NCBI GenBank assembly: GCA_026391215.1
Contig: JAPLDX010000018.1
Location: 1 to 45,819 of the forward strand
Origin: Bacteroidia bacterium
GTDB taxonomy: Bacteria > Bacteroidota > Bacteroidia > Bacteroidales > VadinHA17
Reading direction: 5' to 3'
DNA length: 45,819 bases
The translations under genes were made by a program, and so were the position numbers. Positions 10,310 to 19,749 of the stretch are shown here, in pieces; positions within the stretch are counted from its first letter, which is position 1, and each line of letters starts with the position of its first letter. The notes under the pieces are model-generated. The model worked only from the letters and a program-made list of their open reading frames with translations, had not been told where the DNA came from and searched no databases.

Positions 10310-11096
10310 AAAAGTCGTTATAGGCATCAATATATTCTGTTTCATTCTTGTATGGAAGTACGGATTTGTTAATTGTCTTAAGGTACTTGCTTAATTCATT
10401 GTTTATTTGTTCGCTTCCGATAATGATTCCGTCGGAATATTTGATCGCCAGTTTTGAAATATTTATAAAATCGGGTTTTTTAAGCATTTTAAGATTTTCC
10501 CCGTCTATTCCGTCAAAACGCAGTTTATCGGCGAACGTCGATCTAAACGGCATTTTAAAGTCATTATTGTAAATTGAATAAATGATTTTATAATTATGGA
10601 ACAGGGGATCGTCACTATATATGTTCCGGAGATAGACAGGAACAAGAGCCGACATCCAGCCATGACAATGTACAATATCCGGAGCCCACCTCAGCTTCTT
10701 CACCGTTTCAATAACACCACGGGCAAAGAAAAGAGCCCGTTCATCGTTATCTTCAAATTCATTCCCGGCAGCATCGGTTACAATATGTTTTCTCTGGAAG
10801 TAATCATCATTATCGATAAAATAGACCTGCATCCTTGCACTCTGGATTGAAGCGACCTTGATAATAAGAGGATGGTCGGTGTCGTCAATTATCAGGTTCA
10901 TTCCGGAAAGTCTTATCACCTCGTGTAACTGATTCCGCCGTTCGTTAATACATCCATAGCGCGGCATGAAAGTGCGAATCTCCTTACCCCTTTCCTGAAT
11001 ACCCTGGGGTAGATATCTTCCGATCTTTGATAATTTGTTTTCCCCTAAATACGGAGTGATCTCCTGTGAAATGAATAATACCTTCCTGCTTTCCAT
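10290..11096 (-). CDS. Glycogen/starch synthase N-terminal-domain (Glyco_transf_5) protein
   Basis: EIRTFMPRYGCINERRNQLHEVIRLSGMN, DNDERALFF and PDIVHCHGW motifs. Start taken at MESRKV (11096), since the track start 11132 lies in the promoter. Confidence 0.85.
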   Translation of the reverse strand: MESRKVLFISQEITPYLGENKLSKIGRYLPQGIQERGKEIRTFMPRYGCINERRNQLHEVIRLSGMNLIIDDTDHPLIIKVASIQSARMQVYFIDNDDYFQRKHIVTDAAGNEFEDNDERALFFARGVIETVKKLRWAPDIVHCHGWMSALVPVYLRNIYSDDPLFHNYKIIYSIYNNDFKMPFRSTFADKLRFDGIDGENLKMLKKPDFINISKLAIKYSDGIIIGSEQINNELSKYLKTINKSVLPYKNETEYIDAYNDFYDKILS

Positions 11097-11129
11097 TACC
11101 TGCCTCGATAACCTCTTCGTAATAAGGTG

Positions 11130-11137
11130 CAAAGATA
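11130..11137 (-). promoter_or_regulatory. Bacteroidota sigma70 -7 element (TATCTTTG) for the GT5-DUF4270-glmS unit
   Basis: Matches TAnnTTTG about 35 nt upstream of the probable start. Confidence 0.6.
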
Positions 11138-11182
11138 ATAATAAAAAATGAGATAACTTACAAATTGTAAATCCGGAACAGT

Positions 11183-11190
11183 TAGCTTTG
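11183..11190 (+). promoter_or_regulatory. -7 element (TAGCTTTG) for panC
   Basis: TAnnTTTG 18 nt upstream of the ATG, divergent from the promoter at 11130. Confidence 0.6.
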
Positions 11191-11208
11191 CATGTTAAAT
11201 TTTCTTAA

Positions 11209-12066
11209 ATGAAGGTTATAAGTACTATTAAAGAGCTTCAGTCAACGCTTAAGAACCTGCATCAATCTCCTGTCGGATTTGTACCGACAATGGGAGCCTT
11301 GCATAAAGGCCATCTTTCTCTTGTGAATGCTGCGACCAGTCAGTGTCCTCTTGTGGTTGTAAGCATTTATGTCAATCCAACCCAGTTTAATAATAAGGAG
11401 GATCTCAGGAAATATCCCCGTCCTTTGAAAAAAGATCTTTCGCTTCTCGGGAAAGTGCTCAGAAATAATGATATTGTCTTTACGCCAGATGATAAAGAAA
11501 TGTATCCGGCTGAAGATAAAAGGATCTTCCGTTTCGGTAATCTCGATAATATTATGGAAGCTCTTCATCGTCCTGGCCATTTCAATGGTGTCACCCAGAT
11601 AGTCAGCAGATTTTTTGAAATAATTCGTCCCGACCTTGCATTTTTCGGGCAGAAAGACTTCCAGCAGGTAGCTGTAATTAAAGAGCTGGTCAGACAGAAC
11701 CGGTACAAAGTCAAAATTGCAGTGAATCCTATAATCCGTGAACCCGACGGTCTTGCTATGAGCAGCAGAAACGCGCTGCTTGAACCTTCGGTTAGGAAAA
11801 ATGCCCCTGTTATACATAAAGCAATCTATACAGCATCAGTAATGCTGGAGGGGAAGGATATCCCTGAAATCAGGGATTATGTAAGGAAAACAATTGAAAA
11901 GAAAGCAGGATTCAGTGTTGAGTATTTTGAAATTGTTGATGATAAGAAGCTTGTTCCCGTCAGTTCAAAAAAACAAATGAAAAAAGGGAATAGTTATTAT
12001 GGCTGTATTGCTGTGAGGGCAGGAAAGATAAGGCTTATTGATAATATCGAATTCCAATTGGTGTGA
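11209..12066 (+). CDS. panC: Pantoate-beta-alanine ligase
   Basis: GFVPTMGALHKGH, VNPTQF, RPGHFNGV, FGQKDFQQ, GLAMSSRN and RLIDN motifs. Confidence 0.97.
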   Translation: MKVISTIKELQSTLKNLHQSPVGFVPTMGALHKGHLSLVNAATSQCPLVVVSIYVNPTQFNNKEDLRKYPRPLKKDLSLLGKVLRNNDIVFTPDDKEMYPAEDKRIFRFGNLDNIMEALHRPGHFNGVTQIVSRFFEIIRPDLAFFGQKDFQQVAVIKELVRQNRYKVKIAVNPIIREPDGLAMSSRNALLEPSVRKNAPVIHKAIYTASVMLEGKDIPEIRDYVRKTIEKKAGFSVEYFEIVDDKKLVPVSSKKQMKKGNSYYGCIAVRAGKIRLIDNIEFQLV

Positions 12067-12080
12067 ATCAAAAGGATGAT

Positions 12081-12088
12081 TAACTTTG
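12081..12088 (+). promoter_or_regulatory. Internal -7 element (TAACTTTG) upstream of panD
   Basis: TAnnTTTG match in the panC-panD spacer. Confidence 0.5.
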
Positions 12089-12120
12089 CCATGTTATTTT
12101 GATTTATTTTATACCCTAAT

Positions 12121-12471
12121 ATGATTATAGAAGTATTAAAGTCCAAGATCCACAGGGTGACGGTTACTGAAGCAAACCTGAACTATATCGGAAGCATCAC
12201 CATTGATGAAGATCTGATGGATGCATCGAATATAATTCAAAATGAGAAAGTCCAGGTTCTGAACCTGAATAACGGGGAACGTTTTGAAACATATGTCATA
12301 AAAGGTAAAAGAGGATCCGGTGATATCTGCGTTAACGGCGCTGCTGCCCGGAAAGTCTTAACCGGTGATATATTGCTGATCATGTCTTATGCCTTTATGG
12401 AACCCAAAGAAGCTAAATCGTTCAATCCGGCCATTATTTTCCCCGATACAAAAACAAATAAACTGATCTGA
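12121..12471 (+). CDS. panD: Aspartate 1-decarboxylase proenzyme
   Basis: [14 protein letters not shown] autocleavage site, NGERFETY and NGAAAR. Confidence 0.98.
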   Translation: MIIEVLKSKIHRVTVTEANLNYIGSITIDEDLMDASNIIQNEKVQVLNLNNGERFETYVIKGKRGSGDICVNGAAARKVLTGDILLIMSYAFMEPKEAKSFNPAIIFPDTKTNKLI

Positions 12472-12473
12472 TT

Positions 12474-13490
12474 TTGAAAAAGATCATCATACAGGTGCTG
12501 AAGTTTCTCGGATTTCTTGCTGTAGGGATATTCCTGTTGTGGCTGGCTTTCCGTAACGTTGACTTTAAAAGCCTCGCCAAAAACCTCAGGGAAGCAAATT
12601 ATTACTGGCTGATCCTGTCGGTTTTCTTCGGTTTCGTGGCTTTTATGAGCCGTGCCCGCCGATGGCAGCTCCTTATTCATCCGCTTGACTATCACCCTTC
12701 ATTCTGGCACACCTTCCATGCTATGATGATCGGTTACCTGGCAAATCTTGCCCTTCCAAGAATAGGAGAAATAACACGGTGCGTAGCACTGGGGAAAAAA
12801 GAAAAGCTGGCAGTTGACAAACTTATAGGAACTGTAATCATTGAACGTACAATTGATTTATTTTCGATCCTGATACTCCTTGTAATAATTATTTTTACCA
12901 GCGGATCGATCATTAATGAGTTTCTTAAAGAAAGCATCTTCATACCCTTCAGGGATAAAGTCCTTTCAGTGGTTAACTTATCATGGATCTTCTGGGCGCT
13001 TCTGATACTTGTATTTATTATTGCCCTGTACCTGATTATACGATACAGACAAAACCTGCGGAAAATAAGGTTTTTTTCAAAGATGTTTGATATCGCAAAA
13101 GGCATAATAAGCGGACTTAAAACTATCGCCAATCTGGAAAGAAAATGGGAATTTATTTTACATACCTTCATTATCTGGATCAGTTATGCCCTAATGACAT
13201 GGGTAGTCGTATTCTCCATTGAAAGCACATCACATATTTCGTTCTGGAATTCTCTTGTCATACTGGTAATCGGCGGACTGGGAATGTCGGTCCCTGTACA
13301 GGGCGGATTCGGGGCATTCCATTATGCCGTATCACGGGCACTCGTTGTTATAGAGGGGGTAAGCCTTGAGGATGGACTCACTTTTGCTTTACTTACGCAT
13401 GAATCGCAGATTATTTTTGAAATAATCATCGGGATTTTTTCAATATATATTATGTACGGTTGGCACAAAAAAGTAAGAAGCAATGGCTAA
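12474..13490 (+). CDS. Lysylphosphatidylglycerol-synthase TM / flippase-like membrane protein (UPF0104)
   Basis: Multiple TM helices with RARRW, GYLANLALPRIGE, ERTID and PVQGGFG motifs. TTG start. Confidence 0.8.
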   Translation: MKKIIIQVLKFLGFLAVGIFLLWLAFRNVDFKSLAKNLREANYYWLILSVFFGFVAFMSRARRWQLLIHPLDYHPSFWHTFHAMMIGYLANLALPRIGEITRCVALGKKEKLAVDKLIGTVIIERTIDLFSILILLVIIIFTSGSIINEFLKESIFIPFRDKVLSVVNLSWIFWALLILVFIIALYLIIRYRQNLRKIRFFSKMFDIAKGIISGLKTIANLERKWEFILHTFIIWISYALMTWVVVFSIESTSHISFWNSLVILVIGGLGMSVPVQGGFGAFHYAVSRALVVIEGVSLEDGLTFALLTHESQIIFEIIIGIFSIYIMYGWHKKVRSNG

Positions 13491-14844
13491 ATCCAAAACC
13501 GTTTTTGTCTGTCAGAATTGCGGTGTAGAATCTGCAAAATGGATAGGAAGATGCCCTTCATGCAAAGAGTGGAACACTTACCATGAAGAGATAATTGCCC
13601 CGGCTTCATCAAAAAGTCTTTCATTTGCTACTGACAGGGAGAAAAGTAAACCTGAGCTTCTCGATAATATCAAAGCAGATGAAAAAAACCGTCATAAAAC
13701 CGGTATCTCTGAGCTCGACAGGATCCTTGGAGGAGGAATGGTCGGCGGATCTCTGATTCTTCTCGGGGGAGAACCCGGTGTCGGAAAATCAACACTTGCA
13801 CTCCAGTTGGCCCTTGCATTGAAAAATACAACAATATTATATGTATCGGGGGAAGAGAGCAATGAGCAAATAAGCCTGAGGGCCCGCCGCCTTAAAGGCT
13901 CCAATCCATTGTGCTACGTACTCAGCGAAACAGAACTTGAAAATATTCTTGCCTATTCTGAGAACCTGAAACCGGGACTTATAATCATTGACTCCATTCA
14001 GACTATCAGTAACGGTATGCTGGAATCATCAGCCGGCTCAGTATCACAGGTAAGGGAGTGTGCGGCTCAGCTTCTCAAATATTCCAAAATATCAGGCATC
14101 CCTGTCTTTCTCATCGGCCATATTACAAAGGACGGAACCCTGGCAGGACCAAAAGTGCTTGAGCATATTGTTGATGTCGTCCTCTATTTTGAAGGAGATA
14201 ATAATTATGTTTACAGGATCCTGCGTTCAGTAAAGAACAGGTACGGATCGACCTCCGAGCTTGGCATATTCGAAATGGGTGAATCAGGCCTGAAAGAGGT
14301 AAATAATCCATCTGATCTGTTTATTAATCAACACGATGAATCGTTGAGCGGGATTTCAATTGCTGCCACTGTTGACGGTCTTCGTCCCTTCCTTATTGAA
14401 ACTCAGGCTCTCGTCAGCAGTGCTGTTTACGGAACGCCCCAGAGAAGCTCTACCGGATTTGATATACGAAGGCTTAACATGCTGCTTGCGGTGCTCGAGA
14501 AAAGGGCTGGCTTCAGGCTGGGGATAAAGGATGTTTTCCTTAACATTGCCGGGGGCATAAAAGTGAATGATCCTGCTATTGATCTTGCAATAATCAGCTC
14601 GGTGCTGTCATCAAATCTTGATATTCCGATTTCAAGGGAAGTCTGTTTTGCAGGAGAAACAGGGCTTTCGGGAGAAATCCGTCCGGTATCCAGGATCGAA
14701 CAACGTATAAGAGAGGCTTCAAAAATGGGATTTAAAAAGATCTGCCTTTCGAAGTATCACAGGAATGTTGATATAAAAGGGATTGAAATCGAAGTGGTAC
14801 ATGTAGGGAAGATTGAACATCTGGTAAGGTCGTTATTCAGCTGA
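13483..14844 (+). CDS. radA: DNA repair protein RadA/Sms
   Basis: C4 zinc finger CQNC..CPSC, Walker A GEPGVGKST, KNRYG motif and Lon-like C-terminus. Confidence 0.97.
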   Translation: MAKSKTVFVCQNCGVESAKWIGRCPSCKEWNTYHEEIIAPASSKSLSFATDREKSKPELLDNIKADEKNRHKTGISELDRILGGGMVGGSLILLGGEPGVGKSTLALQLALALKNTTILYVSGEESNEQISLRARRLKGSNPLCYVLSETELENILAYSENLKPGLIIIDSIQTISNGMLESSAGSVSQVRECAAQLLKYSKISGIPVFLIGHITKDGTLAGPKVLEHIVDVVLYFEGDNNYVYRILRSVKNRYGSTSELGIFEMGESGLKEVNNPSDLFINQHDESLSGISIAATVDGLRPFLIETQALVSSAVYGTPQRSSTGFDIRRLNMLLAVLEKRAGFRLGIKDVFLNIAGGIKVNDPAIDLAIISSVLSSNLDIPISREVCFAGETGLSGEIRPVSRIEQRIREASKMGFKKICLSKYHRNVDIKGIEIEVVHVGKIEHLVRSLFS

Positions 14845-14849
14845 AAATA

Positions 14850-14970
14850 ACATGTACCCACCCCCCGACCCCCTCCCTACTTCGTAAGGAGGGGGTGTAA
14901 AGTATTATATGTCAGCTATTTCCCCCTCCTTGCGACAGCAGGGAGGGGGATTAAGGGGGTGGGTACGTGT
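14850..14970. repeat. REPIN/MITE-like double-hairpin element, family 1 copy A
   Basis: Inverted termini acatgtacccaccccc ... gggggtgggtacgtgt enclose two internal GC hairpins and an AT-rich spacer. Lies between convergent radA and PBP1A. Confidence 0.8.
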
Positions 14971-14971
14971 C

Positions 14972-17323
14972 CTAATATCTATCCCTCAGCGGATTATCCC
15001 TCCTTGAACTTTCCCGTCTGACCTTTTCACAATCGAGCTCCATATTGAAGCCGGATGGACGTTCGAACTCATCTGTTTCCATGATCCCGAACTCCGGATC
15101 ATCATATATTTTTCTCAGGAAAATAGCGAGAATAGGCAAAGCCATTTCTGCTCCCTGCCCTTCTGTGAGGGTTTCAAAATGTATGGCCTGGTCTTCCCAT
15201 CCGCTCCATACACCTCCAACAAGATTTGGAGTTATTCCCATGAACCATCCGTTCGCCTGGTTTTGTGTTGTTCCAGTCTTCCCTCCGATCTGGTTTAACA
15301 GGTTATATGGCTCAAGTCTCATTCTTCGTCCCGAACCGGTTAGAACAACACCCTGCAAAAGGCTAAGCATCAGATAAGCCGTCTCTTCACTCAGAACTTC
15401 CTCAATCTTGGGCGTGAACCTGGAAATAACATTTCCGTTTTTATCCTCAATGCGGGTTACATACATCGGCCGGGTATAGACTCCTTTATTTGCAAAGGTT
15501 CCGTATGCCCCCACCATCTCTTCAAGCTTTATATCAGAGGTACCCAGGAAAATTGAATATACAGGATCAATGAAGCTCCTGACTCCCATTTTGTGCATAA
15601 GATCGACTACTGCAGTGGGTCTGAATTGTTCCATTAGCCAGGCCGAAATATAGTTTTCGGATTGCGCCAGTCCCCATTTCAATGTTACCATTTTCCCATG
15701 ATATGCTTTTGGCCCTGAGCTTCTTGGTGTCCAGGTCGTATCATTTACCACATCCTCAAATGAACGGGGAATATTTTCAACCTCATAGCATGGAGAATAA
15801 CCATTCTGCATTGCAATAGTATAAAGGAAGGGTTTGATGGTGCTACCGACCTGTTTCCTTTGCTGAGTAACAGCATCCCATTTGAAATACCTGAAATCTG
15901 GTCCTCCCACATAAGCTTTAACATGCCCGTTATGCGGATCTTCTACCATGAAAGAAGATCTGACAAAATATTTATAGTATCTGATAGAATCAAGCGGAGT
16001 CATTATTGTATCCCGTTCGCCTTTCCATGAAAAGATTTTCATCTTCACGGGCGTATTAAAGGCAAGCAAAATGGAATCTTCAGGAACCCCTCTGGCCCTC
16101 ATCACATAATACCTGTCGCTCTGCTTTAATGAATTCATTATCAGCACATCAATCTCATCTTTTGTCAGGTCGTCGGAATAAGGGGGATTCTTAAAAGTCT
16201 TTGTTCTTTCGTAGAAACCGGGCTGAACGTCCTTTGAAAGATGTTCAATAAGTGCTTCTTCTGCATATTGCTGCATTTTCGAATTAACCGTGGTATAGAT
16301 TTTCAGGCCGTCCTTATAAATATCATAGTTTGAACCGTCCGGTTTTTTATTTTTGTTGCACCATCCGTAAAGAGGATTATTTCCCCATTCCCATAATGCA
16401 TCCTCATAGGATGATTCCCTGACATATTTGCTCTTATCGGGTTCCGGACGCCGCATTGTGTTGCGGAGATATTCCCGCAGATAAGTGGCCGGACCTGTAT
16501 TATGATCTTCAATCTGGAAATCGAGTTCAATAGGCAGTTTTTTGACCGAGTCAGCAACTGAGGCATCGATATAACCGTATTTTGCCATCTGGGAGATCAC
16601 AACATTCCTCCTTTTGAACATGCGGTCATTGTACTTCTGAGGATTATATGCACTCGAATTCTTAAGCATGCCAATAAGCACAGCTGCCTCCTGAATATTA
16701 AGAGAATCGGGAGTGGTATTGAAATAGACCCTGGATGCCGAACGTATACCAATAGCTTGATACAGGAAGTCATATTTATTAAGGTACATGGCAATTATTT
16801 CTTCCTTTGTATAGCTTTTTTCAAGCTTGACGGCTGTCTGCCATTCCTTGAATTTGGAAACTCCAAGCCTTATAGTTCTTGTTATGGAGGAAACTCTTGC
16901 TGTATCCCTGGGATAGAGCAGCTTTGCAAGCTGCTGTGTTATTGTGCTTCCTCCTCCGGTATTCTGGCCAAGAAGAATAGTCTTGACTACAGCCCGTGCC
17001 AATCCGCGTATATCAATTCCCGAGTGCCTGTAGTATCTTATGTCCTCTGTAGTAATTAATGCATCGACGAGATAGGGCGACAGATCCTTGTAATCGGTCC
17101 ATGTTCTGTTTTCAATGCTGATCTTGCCAAGGAGCACCTCATCTTCAGAATAAACCTCCGCGGCTAAAAAATATTCCGGGTTTTCAAGTTCACTGAAAGA
17201 GGGCATTGTCCCAAGCTTTTCATTTGAAATAAGAATAAACAGAGTAACGACGAATACAACAGGCAATATGAATATGATCCAAAACCATATCAGGTATTTT
17301 CGATTGCCTGTTTTATCTTTCAT
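14972..17323 (-). CDS. Class A penicillin-binding protein (PBP1A; transglycosylase/transpeptidase)
   Basis: N-terminal TM; GT51 motifs EDIRYYRHSGID and GGSTITQQLAK; transpeptidase motifs STIK, SEN and KTGT. Confidence 0.93.
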   Translation of the reverse strand: MKDKTGNRKYLIWFWIIFILPVVFVVTLFILISNEKLGTMPSFSELENPEYFLAAEVYSEDEVLLGKISIENRTWTDYKDLSPYLVDALITTEDIRYYRHSGIDIRGLARAVVKTILLGQNTGGGSTITQQLAKLLYPRDTARVSSITRTIRLGVSKFKEWQTAVKLEKSYTKEEIIAMYLNKYDFLYQAIGIRSASRVYFNTTPDSLNIQEAAVLIGMLKNSSAYNPQKYNDRMFKRRNVVISQMAKYGYIDASVADSVKKLPIELDFQIEDHNTGPATYLREYLRNTMRRPEPDKSKYVRESSYEDALWEWGNNPLYGWCNKNKKPDGSNYDIYKDGLKIYTTVNSKMQQYAEEALIEHLSKDVQPGFYERTKTFKNPPYSDDLTKDEIDVLIMNSLKQSDRYYVMRARGVPEDSILLAFNTPVKMKIFSWKGERDTIMTPLDSIRYYKYFVRSSFMVEDPHNGHVKAYVGGPDFRYFKWDAVTQQRKQVGSTIKPFLYTIAMQNGYSPCYEVENIPRSFEDVVNDTTWTPRSSGPKAYHGKMVTLKWGLAQSENYISAWLMEQFRPTAVVDLMHKMGVRSFIDPVYSIFLGTSDIKLEEMVGAYGTFANKGVYTRPMYVTRIEDKNGNVISRFTPKIEEVLSEETAYLMLSLLQGVVLTGSGRRMRLEPYNLLNQIGGKTGTTQNQANGWFMGITPNLVGGVWSGWEDQAIHFETLTEGQGAEMALPILAIFLRKIYDDPEFGIMETDEFERPSGFNMELDCEKVRRESSRRDNPLRDRY

Positions 17324-17445
17324 AAGGGGGGAATATTTGTCTCAAAAATAGTAAAATATTAAAGAAACTTAACGGTTTATTTTGAAGTTTGGTCTCTAAA
17401 TGATTTACTTTGCCGTGTTTTTTAACTGAAATAATCTCGCTTTAG

Positions 17446-19749
17446 ATGATTGAAAATCTCGTAATTGTTGAATCCCCTGCAAAGGCAAAAACCATAGAAA
17501 AGTTTCTTGGAAAAGATTTCCGCGTTATATCAAGTTTCGGACATATAAGGGACCTTGCAAAAAAAAATCAGGGCATTAATGTTGAAAAAGACTTTACCCC
17601 TGACTATGAGATCCCAAAGGAAAAAGTAAAGGTTGTCAATGAACTCAAGAAGGCAGCTGCTGATGCAACAAATATCTGGATCGCTTCCGATGAGGATCGT
17701 GAAGGTGAAGCCATAGCATGGCATCTTACAGAGGTCCTTAAGCTTGAAGTTTCCTCCACCCGCAGAATAGTATTTCATGAGATCACTAAAGATGCAATTA
17801 CCAGCGCAATTGAAAATCCCCGACAGATAGATATGAACCTGGTCAATTCTCAGCAGGCCCGTCGAATACTTGACCGTCTTGTGGGTTTTGAGATCTCTCC
17901 TGTTCTCTGGAAAAAAGTTCAGCCCTCTCTTTCAGCGGGAAGGGTGCAATCAGTAGCCGTGAGGCTCATTGTTGAAAGGGAAAGAGAGATAATTTCGTTT
18001 AAATCCGAATCCTCTTTCAGGGTTATTGCAGTTTTCAGGATTGACCAAAAAGATGGTGAAAGTGCAATAATAAAGGCTGAAGCATCAAAGCGATTCAATG
18101 ACGGAAATGAGGCACAGAAATTCCTGGAACTCTGCGCTGGGTCTGAATATAAAGTTGCCGGTATTACTGTCAAACCGGGAACCAGGTCGCCTGCACCTCC
18201 CTTCACAACTTCAACCCTGCAGCAGGAAGCTTACCGGAAACTTGGTTTTTCTGTTGCACAGACAATGGCTGTAGCGCAAAAACTTTATGAGGCTGGAAAG
18301 ATCACATACATGAGAACCGATTCAACCAATCTTTCAAAGCTTGCACTGGCAAAATCGCGCGAAGTAATTGTTGACGGATTTGGTATAAAATACTCAAAGA
18401 CACGTCAGTTCAAGACCAAAACAAAAGGAGCCCAGGAAGCTCATGAGGCAATACGCCCGGCATACCTTGACAATTCAACTATAACAGGCAATCCGAATGA
18501 GAAAAAGCTCTATGAACTGATATGGAAAAGAACCGTGGCATCACAGATGTCAGATGCTGAAGTGGAAAAAACAACGATTTCCGTTGAAATAAATAACTCT
18601 CCGGTAACTTTCAATGCTTCAGGCGAAGTGATTAAATTTGATTGTTTTCTCAGGGTTTATACAGAATCGACCGATCAGGAAAACAGTGATGAGGAAAGAT
18701 ATGTCATCCCTCCTGTTAAAAAGGGAATGCCCCTTTACTATAATACAGTCACTGCATCTCAGAAATTTACATCTCCTCCTCCCCGGTACACTGAAGCAAG
18801 TTTGGTTAAGAAGCTTGAGGAGCTGGGTATCGGAAGACCATCAACTTATGCACCTACAATATCCACAATTCAAAACAGGGGATATGTTCTAAGGGAAGAC
18901 AGGCCGGGAGAAAAGCGGGCTGTCAGTATAATAACCCTTGAAAAAGGAAAGTTTTCAACCACATCAAAAACAGAGATAACCGGGAAAGAGAAATCGAAAC
19001 TTTTTCCACAGGACATAGGGATGATCGTCAATGATTTTCTTATTGATAACTTTTCAGATATTGTTGACTATAATTTTACTGCTGATGTTGAGGAGCAATT
19101 TGATGAAATTGCACTTGGTAATCTGAAATGGACAAAAATGCTCCATACCTTTTATGGCCCGTTCCATAAAACCATTGAAAATGCCCTGGAGAAGAAAGAC
19201 CATAAAACAGGTGCCAGGGTGCTGGGTAATCATCCCGAAACCGGTGAACCTGTTTCAGTAAGGATGGGGCGGTTCGGACCGGTGGCACAAATAGGGAACT
19301 CCGAAAACGGCAGCAAGCCAAGGTTTGCCAGCCTTTCAAAAAATATGCTGATAGAAACCGTCACGCTGGAAGAGGCCCTTGATCTTTTCCGTCTGCCACG
19401 ATCGCTGGGCATGCATGAAGGAGAAGAGATGATAGTCGGCATTGGAAAATTCGGACCTTACATAAGGTACAAAAGCAAATTCTTTTCGTTGAAGAAAGGT
19501 GTTGATGATCCTTACACCATAACTATGGACAGGGCTATTGAAATAATCAGGGAAAAGAACGAGAATGAGCAGAAGAAGATCATTAAGGATTTCGGGGATA
19601 TACTTCTCCTGAACGGGAAATATGGCCCTTACCTTTCGCGGGAAAAGCAGAATTACCGGCTTCCAAAAGGCACTGATACTGAAAAACTGACCAGGGAAGA
19701 TTGTATCATCATCATTGAAAAAAGCAATAAATCCAAAAAAAGCTCATGA
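17446..19749 (+). CDS. topA: DNA topoisomerase I
   Basis: LVIVESPAKAKTI, DEDREGE, SAGRVQS, ITYMRTDS and GIGRPSTY. The C-terminus has GRFGP/GKFGP/GKYGP repeats instead of Zn ribbons. Confidence 0.97.
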   Translation: MIENLVIVESPAKAKTIEKFLGKDFRVISSFGHIRDLAKKNQGINVEKDFTPDYEIPKEKVKVVNELKKAAADATNIWIASDEDREGEAIAWHLTEVLKLEVSSTRRIVFHEITKDAITSAIENPRQIDMNLVNSQQARRILDRLVGFEISPVLWKKVQPSLSAGRVQSVAVRLIVEREREIISFKSESSFRVIAVFRIDQKDGESAIIKAEASKRFNDGNEAQKFLELCAGSEYKVAGITVKPGTRSPAPPFTTSTLQQEAYRKLGFSVAQTMAVAQKLYEAGKITYMRTDSTNLSKLALAKSREVIVDGFGIKYSKTRQFKTKTKGAQEAHEAIRPAYLDNSTITGNPNEKKLYELIWKRTVASQMSDAEVEKTTISVEINNSPVTFNASGEVIKFDCFLRVYTESTDQENSDEERYVIPPVKKGMPLYYNTVTASQKFTSPPPRYTEASLVKKLEELGIGRPSTYAPTISTIQNRGYVLREDRPGEKRAVSIITLEKGKFSTTSKTEITGKEKSKLFPQDIGMIVNDFLIDNFSDIVDYNFTADVEEQFDEIALGNLKWTKMLHTFYGPFHKTIENALEKKDHKTGARVLGNHPETGEPVSVRMGRFGPVAQIGNSENGSKPRFASLSKNMLIETVTLEEALDLFRLPRSLGMHEGEEMIVGIGKFGPYIRYKSKFFSLKKGVDDPYTITMDRAIEIIREKNENEQKKIIKDFGDILLLNGKYGPYLSREKQNYRLPKGTDTEKLTREDCIIIIEKSNKSKKSS

